Shown here one piece after another: positions 53,107 to 61,962 of a DNA stretch of 64,000 nt. The number at the start of each line of letters is the position of its first letter. Position 1 is the stretch's first letter. The position numbers and the translations under genes were made by a program. The DNA is from a virus: the IMG/VR virus record IMGVR_UViG_2799112719_000001, one strand, 5' to 3'. The notes under the pieces are model-generated. The model made no database searches. It was not told where the DNA came from and saw only the letters and a list, made by a program, of their open reading frames with translations.

Positions 53107-53209
53107 ATCGTTTTACTTTATACTTGGTTTTACCATTCAGATGTTTGTAGTACCTGTAATCAGCAGGCTTTTCAAATTCCTTTGAGCGGAAATAGTCTAT
53201 TGCAATCAT
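53078..53209 (-). CDS. Small basic protein, paralog 2 (43 aa), below the ORF-track cutoff
   Basis: MIAIDYFRSKEFEKPADYRYYKHLNGKTKYKVKRYGK... Three synonymous and three conservative differences from paralog 1. Confidence 0.45.
   Translation of the reverse strand: MIAIDYFRSKEFEKPADYRYYKHLNGKTKYKVKRYGKAKKNVR
53099..53209. repeat. 111-bp direct repeat, copy 2
   Basis: See 51108-51218. Confidence 0.85.
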
Positions 53210-53619
53210 TCCTGTTCGTTTTCGCAGTTAATCTGTCTGATACGCTCTTCGCAGATATGGATGATCTTCTCGTAGTCGAGCAGACGGCTTTCACCCTGTT
53301 TGGTACGGAGCACGCGCTTTACGATGTCTGCATCCCAGGGGTTCAGGTTCCAGTCAATCCATATCGACCAGGGCTGAATGACATGCTGGCTGTAGTCGCT
53401 ATTGCCACGATTGTAGGCCCGTACACTGGTATTCAGTATGCCGACACGCGCCAGTTTCTTATATTCCTCCCAACTGATAATCTTGTGTTCGGGATGACTA
53501 TCGAGCAGTTCAGCAGCTATCTCCAGAGCAATCTTTATGTCCTGGTCGCTACATTTACTCTTTCCGTCTTCATACAGGACAGATGTCCTGATAATCTGTG
53601 CAGCTTCTTTGTTTGTCAT
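53206..53619 (-). CDS. DUF3310-like phage protein (137 aa)
   Basis: SDYSQHVIQPWSIWIDWNLNPWDADIVKRVLR...LLDYEKIIHICEERI resembles the DUF3310 pattern as I recall it. Confidence 0.5.
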   Translation of the reverse strand: MTNKEAAQIIRTSVLYEDGKSKCSDQDIKIALEIAAELLDSHPEHKIISWEEYKKLARVGILNTSVRAYNRGNSDYSQHVIQPWSIWIDWNLNPWDADIVKRVLRTKQGESRLLDYEKIIHICEERIRQINCENEQE

Positions 53620-53622
53620 AAT

Positions 53623-53961
53623 CTATTTTGCTTCAATGATGATACGTTTTACATTTCCTTTTTTGTCCTTTTCGCAATGATAGGTAAGTTCGCATTCTTC
53701 ATACAGCCATCGGCGCATGTTCTCTTTACTCTCCAGCAGGAAACGAATCATGGCATAGCCTGCCAACTTGCGATATTGCGCTTCCAAGGGGAAATAGTCG
53801 TAGTGCTCCTGGCCGTCATCAAGTGCCGGATTCTTTGGCTTGCATCCACGTTTAACGGCAGGGGTAATGGAAAAAGCCCAATCGTGTTGCAGCTTTTCCA
53901 ATACCTTCCTGGCACCGTTAATCTCGAATGATTCTATCAGTAGTTGGTTCATTCTTTCCAT
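53623..53961 (-). CDS. Hypothetical protein (112 aa)
   Basis: ORF in operon orientation. Confidence 0.6.
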   Translation of the reverse strand: MERMNQLLIESFEINGARKVLEKLQHDWAFSITPAVKRGCKPKNPALDDGQEHYDYFPLEAQYRKLAGYAMIRFLLESKENMRRWLYEECELTYHCEKDKKGNVKRIIIEAK

Positions 53962-54674
53962 TCTTTAATATGAAACCCGTCTGCTATCAGGTTACGCTCG
54001 AATATCTCAGCTCGCTCGGTATCTTTGTCATAATAGATGTTATACCGTTCACCACCTTGCTCTGAGCAGTCTGTCATCAGAATATATCCGCGACGCAGGG
54101 CATTGTAGCGGTGGGATGTCTGACTCTTAGTGTACTTACACATGACGATGTGTAGTTTGGTCTTACGGTCCAGTCCGTAGGTCACTCTCAGTATCTCCTT
54201 ACGATGAGCCTCTTTTCTGGACTGACTTTTTCGCTGCATCCATTGGCGGTATTTCTTGGGATTCTCCCGTGCCATAATCCGTGCAGGATGCTCACGCTTG
54301 CCTTCGCGTATCTCTTGCCACATTTGGGCGGTAGCTCTCTTGCAGGCATCGCTTGGCTGTTTGCCCTTCAGTGAGGCGTAGTAGCCGTTACGTTTGCATA
54401 CTTTCTTTACCTGTGCTGCCTGTCGCCTCTTGATGCCCTGGAGTCCTTTCTCGCTCTTTTGCAGTCCCATTTCACGGGCAAAGCGGTGGAGCGTCGAATG
54501 GCTTAGTCCGCTGGCCTGCATGATGCAGGAGTTTTCTATCTCAGGAAACCATTTGCGTAGCCATGCCGTTTGTGCTTCATTCAGCACAATCTTTTTGGTG
54601 ATACCGGCCATGTTGCGCCCCGATGGGACGGTCTGCATGGTGATGGTGCCTGGGAATGGTTCTATCTTTTTCAT
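53949..54674 (-). CDS. Basic protein with a probable HTH (241 aa)
   Basis: ASGLSHSTLHRFAREMGL is HTH-like. The central region is Lys/Arg-rich. Confidence 0.6.
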   Translation of the reverse strand: MKKIEPFPGTITMQTVPSGRNMAGITKKIVLNEAQTAWLRKWFPEIENSCIMQASGLSHSTLHRFAREMGLQKSEKGLQGIKRRQAAQVKKVCKRNGYYASLKGKQPSDACKRATAQMWQEIREGKREHPARIMARENPKKYRQWMQRKSQSRKEAHRKEILRVTYGLDRKTKLHIVMCKYTKSQTSHRYNALRRGYILMTDCSEQGGERYNIYYDKDTERAEIFERNLIADGFHIKEWKE

Positions 54675-54733
54675 TGTCGGTTATCAAAATGGGGTAGGTC
54701 AGCAGCGCGTGACAGAGGTACTGATGAGTTGTT

Positions 54734-55156
54734 TTAATACTCTGGCAAATTCCCAATGATAACATCCATTTCTTCTGAGATAAGGCGTTTTTCCTCTTCG
54801 TCACCTGTGCAGATGGCCTTAGTCATGTTACATTGAACTTCCGTAAGGTGCAGGATGGCTGTCTTTATCTCTTCAATAGGATCTTCTTCGTATGGATTTG
54901 GAAAGTCCCATCTGACAACAATCGTGTCTTTGATGTTTTCATTCACTTTGAATCCCTGTTTACTCAGGAAGAAAACGAGGCGCATGTAGTTCTCATCAAT
55001 GTTCTCAGCAGGGGTGCCGATGAGATTGATTTCACATTCTGTTTCACCTTTGGCAGCAGCATCTTTTATCTGCTGGATGATGTTCTTTACCCAATCCTGT
55101 TTGCTAATGGCAATGCAGGTCATTTCTTGAATCTCTTGTAAATTGAAAGTTTCCAT
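54734..55156 (-). CDS. Hypothetical protein (140 aa)
   Basis: Preceded by the TTCAT element. Confidence 0.65.
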   Translation of the reverse strand: METFNLQEIQEMTCIAISKQDWVKNIIQQIKDAAAKGETECEINLIGTPAENIDENYMRLVFFLSKQGFKVNENIKDTIVVRWDFPNPYEEDPIEEIKTAILHLTEVQCNMTKAICTGDEEEKRLISEEMDVIIGNLPEY

Positions 55157-55175
55157 AATTTTATGAATTTATGAG

Positions 55176-55412
55176 TTAATGAGTTTTCTTACAGGGGCAA
55201 TTAGCATAGTGCTCATAAGTCCAGTTGCTATATAGCCCTGGGCGTGAAGCCATATAGAGGTGCCCATTCTTTTTTGCTATGCAGTAGGTGTTGTATTCCT
55301 CTACAATCTCGAAGCCGTCATGTTCGAGGTCGTATTCTTCGCAGTGTTGTAAAACTACTGCCAGAATAACCAGGAAGGCGATAACCATAATGACTTTGAC
55401 AATCTTATCCAT
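55176..55412 (-). CDS. Small membrane protein (78 aa)
   Basis: N-terminal TM helix VKVIMVIAFLVILAVVL. Confidence 0.6.
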   Translation of the reverse strand: MDKIVKVIMVIAFLVILAVVLQHCEEYDLEHDGFEIVEEYNTYCIAKKNGHLYMASRPGLYSNWTYEHYANCPCKKTH

Positions 55413-55424
55413 GCTGATGTATAT

Positions 55425-55883
55425 TTATGGTATAACACACAAATCTATGCCCATTGGGTCATGTTCATCGCAATATGCTTTGCATTCTTCGAGAGTGCCG
55501 CTGAATGGATATTCGTGTTCGTGGTGATTCCAGACAGCGTGAGTCTTTGCCTTGGCCAGTTTATCCTTAAAATCCTGACTGTTTACGTCCATGTAAGCAC
55601 GAAGTTTTAGTGCATCGTGAGGATTAAAGTGTAATGATGGCGTTTTGTCGATGATTTCTTTCATCACGGCCCAATAGGTGTTTTGTTCCCATTTGTTAGC
55701 AGGACGTGCGCGACCATCTGCACGGGTTACAGCCTTGCGCTCTACGATGTCAATGCCATTAAAGGAAAAGATCTGCTTATTGTTTCTTGGATTCAGTCCG
55801 AGAGACATAAATACACAGTTGCTTCCCTGTATTCTCATCAGAGTGCCAGGGCGATATATTCGCTTGTAATTTCTATTCTTCAT
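55425..55883 (-). CDS. Hypothetical protein (152 aa from ATG 55883)
   Basis: The start was chosen downstream of the upstream stop (55888-55890) and the TTCAT element. Confidence 0.6.
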   Translation of the reverse strand: MKNRNYKRIYRPGTLMRIQGSNCVFMSLGLNPRNNKQIFSFNGIDIVERKAVTRADGRARPANKWEQNTYWAVMKEIIDKTPSLHFNPHDALKLRAYMDVNSQDFKDKLAKAKTHAVWNHHEHEYPFSGTLEECKAYCDEHDPMGIDLCVIP

Positions 55884-55887
55884 AAAT

Positions 55888-56451
55888 TTATGAATTGATG
55901 ATTTCCTCAATAGGTTTGTCACTCTTTACACCGACGATGATCTCAGCGGTCACGGTGTCCTGGTGAACATCCTCGAAGTCGTGGTGAATCTCTACCAGTT
56001 CGGTGTCTCTGATGCTTTCCATGAGTTCCTGTTTGGCCACCGTTTCCATGTAGTGAAGGCGACGGTTACGCTCCATTTCGTCGAATCCCGTCAGGAATGA
56101 CTTTTCTCTCTTCATCGTACTTCTGAGGATTTCCATACGGACGTGTTGACCGTTAATCTGAATCATGGGATTGTTACGGAATGGATCTTGCATTTCAGTG
56201 AGTTCCCTGGTTAGCTTCGCATTCTGCTCTACCAGCACTTTGCCACCCTCGTAAAGTGATTCATTCTCCTGCTTCAGCCGTCTGTTCCAAACTCTGAAAG
56301 CAAAGTTTGACAGGATAATCAGGAAATAGAGTAGGTCGAGAATGGTGTGATAGGTGTCGCCCTTGATATAGGCTGCCACCGATATAGCCAACAGTCCTAC
56401 GATAAGCAGGATGTTGAACGTCCAGAAGCAAATAGTCTTTACTCTCTTCAT
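55888..56451 (-). CDS. Membrane-anchored coiled-coil protein (187 aa from ATG 56451)
   Basis: Two N-terminal TM helices, then a charged helical region. Confidence 0.6.
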   Translation of the reverse strand: MKRVKTICFWTFNILLIVGLLAISVAAYIKGDTYHTILDLLYFLIILSNFAFRVWNRRLKQENESLYEGGKVLVEQNAKLTRELTEMQDPFRNNPMIQINGQHVRMEILRSTMKREKSFLTGFDEMERNRRLHYMETVAKQELMESIRDTELVEIHHDFEDVHQDTVTAEIIVGVKSDKPIEEIINS

Positions 56452-56456
56452 AATGA

Positions 56457-56933
56457 TTACTTGATGATAGGTTTCTCTACTGTGCGCCACCATACTTTTT
56501 CAAACTCCGGCTCACAGATAATTTCTTCTGCACCTTCATAGTCCCAGACATGGAAGAATGGGGCCTTGATGCCTTTGCTCTTGATATGGTCGTTACTGAC
56601 AAACTTTCCGTAACGGATGGTGTCATCCTCTTCTGTATAGACAGCAACGCGATCACCTACCGTCGGTGGTAGCTCTGATGCTTTCATCCATGGCCAGTGG
56701 TGGATAGGTCGCTTGATCTGAATGTCGGTGCCGGCTGTCGGGCCTCCGTCGGCATCACAGGTGTAACGCTGGCTCTTATCGCCCTCGCTAACTATCATGT
56801 GGACTTTTGAGCGGTGCCAGTGCTCGATGCAGCTCTTTGCCCAATCCTCTACGAAAGCCTGCTGTTGCTGTGCATCGGCGGCTTCCTCATTGTCTTCATA
56901 CCAGGTGGTAGTTCTTAATTCGTACTTTGCCAT
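56457..56933 (-). CDS. Hypothetical protein (158 aa)
   Basis: ORF in operon orientation. Confidence 0.65.
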   Translation of the reverse strand: MAKYELRTTTWYEDNEEAADAQQQQAFVEDWAKSCIEHWHRSKVHMIVSEGDKSQRYTCDADGGPTAGTDIQIKRPIHHWPWMKASELPPTVGDRVAVYTEEDDTIRYGKFVSNDHIKSKGIKAPFFHVWDYEGAEEIICEPEFEKVWWRTVEKPIIK

Positions 56934-56935
56934 AA

Positions 56936-57127
56936 TTATAGGTGTCTTTTGGTCATCTGTTTCTCCAGACGTTCTTTCATGGCTTTGGCCGTTACAACAG
57001 CCCTGTCATGTTCTTTGGGGTCACGAAGCAGCTTGCAGATGCGGTTTACCTGTTGGGGTGTCACCACCATTTCCGTAGCGGTGTTGATGGTAACACTCCC
57101 GCCAGTGATAGGATATTCTTTTTGCAT
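56936..57127 (-). CDS. Hypothetical small protein (63 aa)
   Basis: Preceded by the TTCAT element. Confidence 0.55.
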   Translation of the reverse strand: MQKEYPITGGSVTINTATEMVVTPQQVNRICKLLRDPKEHDRAVVTAKAMKERLEKQMTKRHL

Positions 57128-57154
57128 TTAATGAATTGATGAATCTATGAATGA

Positions 57155-58822
57155 TTACCCGAAGTCGAGCATGGAATTTTTCTGCTTCTGCTGATATTCC
57201 TCGTGGTACATCTGCCAGATGTCACGGTAATGGTTGATGTCATCCATCAGTTTGCCACGCATCTGCTTGGTGACATTCTTCTGCTCGTTGATGGCAGCCT
57301 GTCGGTTGTCGGCACTGAGCATCTGACGCAGGCAGTGGCCTACGATGGTACGAGTGCCCCAGCCACCGAAGCTGAGGTTACTCTCAGGACAGATAATCGT
57401 ATCTCCACAATAGGAGTACCAGATGTTATCCTCGATGGTGTAGAAGTTGACGGCATCCTCACCAATAACCATCAGTACGTCGGGCGCATCCTTATAGATG
57501 GCGGCACAGAGGGCAACACCTTTCCAGGTCTCTAACTTCACAAACAGCATGTCATCCAATAGCTGCTGGTCGCGCAACAGGTCAATGAGCTGCTCATTGC
57601 TGGAGTCAGCACATCCGCGCTCATCGAAATGGAGTTTCAACTGATCGCCGTTATTGCCACCGTAGAGCCATGTAAGGTAGGCATGGAGAATCTTATCATT
57701 CCAGGATGGGAGCATCTGGCGCACCTCTTCCTGGTCTGCTTTGTCGAATACCAGTTTGGTAAGGTCAAACTCAATGCAGTTGGCCCAATCTCTGAGGTAG
57801 GGTTCAGGTGACAGGCGCACACAGTTGCTTTCCAGTCCTAACAGCTCGTGTGTCTGTGTGCCAAACTCCTTTTGGAACTCATCGAATACCTTGTTGGTGA
57901 TGTTGGCAAAGACAGGACCTAATAGGTCAAAACGAGCCTCGAAGGTGTCGATGCGCTCTGCCAGTGTTGGCTCTTTCACTTCTGCCAGTTCCACCGTCAT
58001 GTCACCATCGGCATCCCTCTGCTCCTGAGTCTTCAGGAAGGTGTCGAGCATCTGCTGGCGACGCTTCAAATCATCTTCGGCCATCATCAAACGGATTTTG
58101 TCTGAGGTGGCTCTGTCGGGCTTCTGGCCAGGCTTCAGCTCGTTTAGTTTACTTTGGTAGAATTGTTCCAGTGTGATGGCCTTTACCTGATACTGCTTGG
58201 CCAAAGCAGAAAAGTTTTTCAGCGAATTATTCTGCTGATAAAACTCCACCACGGCACAAAGGTACTCGTGGAATTTCTTTAATCTCTGTTCGTTCATATA
58301 TAAATTGATTTTAGGGGTTATAGTGTCCTGTGCCTTTTCCGTAGGCAGTGGCTTTGCAGCTGCTTCTTTCTTCTCGGCCTTCTGGCGTTTCTTCTGCTCT
58401 GCTTCCTCTTGTAAGGCTTGCTGACGCTCTGCCTCACGTCGTTTCTGCTCGGCGATCTTCTCTTCACGAAGCTGCTGGGCGCGTTCCTTTTCCTCGGCCT
58501 CGCGCTGGCGGTTCTCTTCGTCGATCTTTTCCTGGGCCACTTTCAGCTGCTCTTTCCATGCCTCCAGTTTTTCCTCGGCGGCCTTTGCTTTGGCATCTGC
58601 TTTCTCGGCCCGTTCACTCCATCCAAAGGGAGCACCCACCAAACGATTCTCTTTCACCATTCGACGGGCTACGCAGGGATTTATACTGCTGCTCGATGCT
58701 GGGATAGTCCTGCCGTCAGGATGTTTCCAGATCTGATGCTTGGTGGTACGGTCGAGTACAAAGCCATTCTTTTTCAATAGCCGCTCCCAATCTTTCTTGC
58801 TGATGTTATGTAAACCTCCCAT
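57155..58822 (-). CDS. HicA-like N-terminal domain fused to a charged coiled coil and a roughly 350-aa C-terminal domain (555 aa)
   Basis: From ATG 58822: ISKKDWERLLKKNGFVLDRTTKHQIWKHPDGRTIPASSS fits the HicA/YcfA fold pattern. This is followed by about 110 aa of E/K/Q/R-rich helix. Confidence 0.6.
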   Translation of the reverse strand: MGGLHNISKKDWERLLKKNGFVLDRTTKHQIWKHPDGRTIPASSSSINPCVARRMVKENRLVGAPFGWSERAEKADAKAKAAEEKLEAWKEQLKVAQEKIDEENRQREAEEKERAQQLREEKIAEQKRREAERQQALQEEAEQKKRQKAEKKEAAAKPLPTEKAQDTITPKINLYMNEQRLKKFHEYLCAVVEFYQQNNSLKNFSALAKQYQVKAITLEQFYQSKLNELKPGQKPDRATSDKIRLMMAEDDLKRRQQMLDTFLKTQEQRDADGDMTVELAEVKEPTLAERIDTFEARFDLLGPVFANITNKVFDEFQKEFGTQTHELLGLESNCVRLSPEPYLRDWANCIEFDLTKLVFDKADQEEVRQMLPSWNDKILHAYLTWLYGGNNGDQLKLHFDERGCADSSNEQLIDLLRDQQLLDDMLFVKLETWKGVALCAAIYKDAPDVLMVIGEDAVNFYTIEDNIWYSYCGDTIICPESNLSFGGWGTRTIVGHCLRQMLSADNRQAAINEQKNVTKQMRGKLMDDINHYRDIWQMYHEEYQQKQKNSMLDFG

Positions 58823-58824
58823 AA

Positions 58825-58989
58825 TTATTCTGCATGAATAAAACAGTCTCTCGTTTCTTCGTCGCAATGCTCAATAGTCTGGATGTCTCTGCTGGGGCAG
58901 AAGGCACCGTATTGGTCGAATCGCTCACAGATGCTTGCTAAACCGCAGTTTACGCCGTGACATTTCATAGTTATTTGTTGTTTGCTCAT
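58825..58989 (-). CDS. Cys-rich small protein (54 aa), below the ORF-track cutoff
   Basis: MSKQQITMKCHGVNCG..ICE..FCP..HCDEETRDCF. ATGA overlap with the upstream stop. Confidence 0.4.
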   Translation of the reverse strand: MSKQQITMKCHGVNCGLASICERFDQYGAFCPSRDIQTIEHCDEETRDCFIHAE

Positions 58990-60002
58990 AGGTTAATAGT
59001 AATAGTTACAATGCCTTCTTTCACTTTGATTTCGCCCGTCCATCCTCTGCGCTGCAATTCCAGTGCAAGCTCTTTGTCGGTAAAACCGTCAAGTGTAATC
59101 TTTTGTTCCAGGGTAGGTGATGTTTTGCCCTGGGTGCTTGTGATATGGCCTCTATCCATCAGCAAAGGTAACTCCTGCTCTGCTGGTGTGGCCTCTGGTT
59201 CCTTTTCGGCCTCCGTTTTTGGAGCGTCGGCTTTGGGATTCTTTACTTTCTCCGCTTTTTCCTTTGGTTTCTCCTTCTTTCTCGCTGGCAATGGTCTTGC
59301 TGTCGCGTTTGCTTTCGCCCCGCGCCCCCGCATATCATCCGCAGGATTAAAGGTGTCAATGTCTTGCTCATCGCACCAATAGAAGCCACCGGCGGGACGG
59401 CCTTTCAGGATGGCACGGTCAATGTTCCAAATCCCAAGCTCTTTCTCAGCAGCACCTTTCTTGGGCCAAATCTTAATCACCTCCAGTGTGCTCATGTCGA
59501 TCTGAGCAACTGGTCTCGGCGCACGGTTCCGGCTGCGCCCCAGTCTGTCAACATCCTGTTTCATATCGTTATTGATTTTTGGAATTTTTTGGTCTGTTTT
59601 TGGCAATTCTTGTGTCGTTTCTGGAAATTTTTGTTCCAAAATAGGCTCTTTCCGTTCCATTTTTAACAATTTCCGTTCTGAAAAGTTCCTTTTTTGTTCC
59701 GAATGTCCCGTATGCTGTGATATCGTCACATCCTTATCTCTTGTCAGGTCGCTATACTCAAATCCTGGTTTCACGCCTGCGAACTTCAACACATGCACTA
59801 CCACACTGGCACCTTTTACCTTATCGCTGAATCCAAGCATAGCCTTGCTGATGGCCTCCCTCAGTATATCCTTGGTCAGCTTTTCGCATGGCTCATCGTA
59901 GAGCGTCTTGAAAAGGCGATCGAATATCCAGCGCGTCTTAGTGGCAAAAGCCTTGATGTTTTCCTGCTGGCTCCAACTTGTATGTGCTTCCTTCAGTGTC
60001 AT
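58986..60002 (-). CDS. DNA-binding protein with a NUMOD1-like motif (338 aa)
   Basis: PVAQIDMSTLEVIKIWPKKGAAEKELGIWNIDRAILKGRPAGGFYW resembles NUMOD1-type HTH modules. A Lys/Glu/Pro-rich linker is present. Confidence 0.55.
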   Translation of the reverse strand: MTLKEAHTSWSQQENIKAFATKTRWIFDRLFKTLYDEPCEKLTKDILREAISKAMLGFSDKVKGASVVVHVLKFAGVKPGFEYSDLTRDKDVTISQHTGHSEQKRNFSERKLLKMERKEPILEQKFPETTQELPKTDQKIPKINNDMKQDVDRLGRSRNRAPRPVAQIDMSTLEVIKIWPKKGAAEKELGIWNIDRAILKGRPAGGFYWCDEQDIDTFNPADDMRGRGAKANATARPLPARKKEKPKEKAEKVKNPKADAPKTEAEKEPEATPAEQELPLLMDRGHITSTQGKTSPTLEQKITLDGFTDKELALELQRRGWTGEIKVKEGIVTITINL

Positions 60003-60436
60003 GCCTGATTTCTCCTATATCCTAATGCCCGCATCAATGCCTGTGTCTCTTTGATGCCAGGAATGTGGGCGTACTCGGTGCTCACGTCTAAGATCTCCAC
60101 CTGTCGCAGACTGTAACGGGTGGTGCAGTATTCTGTGCGCCACATGCCGGCCACATCGTCGGCATTTGTTGGCAGTCCATCGGGTAAGTCTTTCTCAGGA
60201 TCACGATACCAGGCCCGTGTCTTCCTGAAGGCTCCATCCTGCACTTCCATCTTTACGCAAACATCCGTGTCGATGTTGCCACTGAGCCAGTGGATAGCCT
60301 GTGCCGGTTCATCGGGTGTAAAGCAGAAGCCACGGCTCTCTGTGCGAAAGCCTTTATGTTTGCTCTCGTTGATGAGCGTCTGCCCTGCTTTCAGTCGCCG
60401 CAGTTCCTCGCGGCTCATAAATCGGTAAAGTATCAT
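59999..60436 (-). CDS. Hypothetical protein (145 aa), first gene of the leftward early operon
   Basis: ATGA overlap with the downstream gene. A promoter lies just upstream. Confidence 0.65.
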   Translation of the reverse strand: MILYRFMSREELRRLKAGQTLINESKHKGFRTESRGFCFTPDEPAQAIHWLSGNIDTDVCVKMEVQDGAFRKTRAWYRDPEKDLPDGLPTNADDVAGMWRTEYCTTRYSLRQVEILDVSTEYAHIPGIKETQALMRALGYRRNQA

Positions 60437-60459
60437 TTCGTGTTCAGCAGATTAAAACC

Positions 60460-60500
60460 TTCTTATACTACAAATCTCGCTTGCAAAGATACGAATAAAA
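60460..60500 (-). promoter_or_regulatory. Leftward early promoter
   Basis: Minus-strand -7 box TATCTTTG (plus-strand CAAAGATA at 60484-60491). Confidence 0.5.
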
Positions 60501-60559
60501 CCCCGATTTGACAAATTAAAACAGAGTTAATTTAGTAAAAAGAAACAATTTTTGCATTT

Positions 60560-60612
60560 TTACCAAGATTTTTAATCAGATTTCCCCTAAAATTCATTAT
60601 CTTTGCAACCGA
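60560..60612 (+). promoter_or_regulatory. Rightward promoter, divergent from 60460-60500
   Basis: -7 box TATCTTTG at 60598-60605. GATTTTTAATC(A/T)G occurs twice (60567 and 60618). Confidence 0.5.
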
Positions 60613-60639
60613 AATCCGATTTTTAATCTGTTCCCAAAA

Positions 60640-61452
60640 ATGGCAAAGCAATATTATTACTACAAATGTGATGAGTATAGCAAGGTAGGCCGTGCCCTTG
60701 GTAAGTTCTGGCGCAAGGTCGTTCAGGCTGCCTATCGTGCCGATGCCTATGCTAAGAAGTATGGTGCCTGTAACTATGAGCAGCCCGTCCAGTTCTTTGA
60801 GGGCGGTGTTGACTATCTGATTTTTGAGACTACACCTGATGAGCGTGTTTGGCGTAAGAAACTGGTGGCAAAGGATGGTACGGCTCTCTATGAGCCTAAC
60901 TGTATGTACCGTGCAGACATCCTGGTGATTCCTGATGACCGTTTCCATCCGTCGAATACCTGGAATAAGATCTACTCAAAGAAGCACCTGACATGGGAAC
61001 AGGCAAAGCCACAGAAGACGTTAGACCAGTGGGCGGCCATCGCTAAGATGAAGCGTACCGATGACCGCGAGAAGGATGCAAAGGCTCTCGATGAGCGTAT
61101 GTCCCGTTACTCCTTTGTGTCGTATCTGGAGTTTTATGGTGATGAGTCTGTGCCTCGCAATATGAGCAAGGCCGACTGTCCGGCATGGCTTCGTCGTGCC
61201 ATCCGTGCAGAACAGGACCGCCAGGCATTGCCGGTGGTAGAAGTTTATCCGCTTTTTGCTTTGCTGGATATGAAGCCAGAAGGTGAAGGCGTAGTAAACA
61301 TGTCGGTAACACCTAATTTCTTCCTGTATGGTGACAGTTACTATATCTGTGCTGAATACCCCTGCTTTGCAGAGGGCTTGCATACCATTATGGAGGGGCT
61401 ATATACCTATAAGCAGAATATGGCTCTTCGTCAGGAGAAAGCAGAGTCTTAA
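60640..61452 (+). CDS. Hypothetical protein (270 aa)
   Basis: Clean ORF after the promoter. Confidence 0.65.
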   Translation: MAKQYYYYKCDEYSKVGRALGKFWRKVVQAAYRADAYAKKYGACNYEQPVQFFEGGVDYLIFETTPDERVWRKKLVAKDGTALYEPNCMYRADILVIPDDRFHPSNTWNKIYSKKHLTWEQAKPQKTLDQWAAIAKMKRTDDREKDAKALDERMSRYSFVSYLEFYGDESVPRNMSKADCPAWLRRAIRAEQDRQALPVVEVYPLFALLDMKPEGEGVVNMSVTPNFFLYGDSYYICAEYPCFAEGLHTIMEGLYTYKQNMALRQEKAES

Positions 61453-61474
61453 CCTCTATATATAATAATAATGT

Positions 61475-61804
61475 ATGGGTAAAAAGAAGAAAAAGGACGT
61501 TTACGAGGAAGCAGAGCGAGAGGGCACCACCATTGAGGATTATATCATTCCTCAGAAGGTGCAGGCGTTCATAGATGCCTACGAGCCTGTAGAGCAACAG
61601 AAGTTTGCTACGACCATTTTTGATGAAACCAAGCTCCGTGCTTTCTTCAAGGCGTACATTACGACGCTGGGCGATCCGCTCGTGGTCTATCTGACCCGTC
61701 TTGAAAATGCAGGCTTTAAGATGCAGGTATCTACTCAGAATGAGCCTGCTATCTTCGTTACAGAGAAAGCCGTCGGTGGCTTCTCTATGCTGGAAGAGTT
61801 GTAA
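61475..61804 (+). CDS. Hypothetical protein (109 aa)
   Basis: ORF in operon orientation. Confidence 0.6.
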   Translation: MGKKKKKDVYEEAEREGTTIEDYIIPQKVQAFIDAYEPVEQQKFATTIFDETKLRAFFKAYITTLGDPLVVYLTRLENAGFKMQVSTQNEPAIFVTEKAVGGFSMLEEL

Positions 61805-61921
61805 CTGATGAATTGTTTTTCATACGAGATTTGTTTTAGTAGATTAGTTATTAAGTAGTTTGTTTGGTACAGCGGTATCTCAGAAAATCAAAGGTAATTC
61901 ATGGTATTAGATTTAAGGTTG

Positions 61922-61960
61922 GCCACCCGTCCCGTCGTGATGACGTGACAGGTGGTTTTT
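61922..61960. terminator. Long hairpin between convergent genes
   Basis: CCACCCGTCC-CGTC GTGAT GACG-TGACAGGTGG followed by TTTTT. Confidence 0.6.
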
Positions 61961-61962
61961 GG

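Noticed and set aside
53182-53931. 249-aa plus-strand ORF, together with other long antisense ORFs (13039..14049, 21369..22034, 23556..24389, 36171..36770, 7496..8152).
   Set aside because: Each lies fully within a longer opposite-strand ORF that fits the operon structure with tight junctions and ATGA or TAATG overlaps. The translations are low-complexity or Cys/His-rich.
56936-58989. A HicB antitoxin partner for the HicA-like domain.
   Set aside because: Neither flanking small ORF shows an RNase-H-like or RHH pattern, so no toxin-antitoxin pair is claimed.
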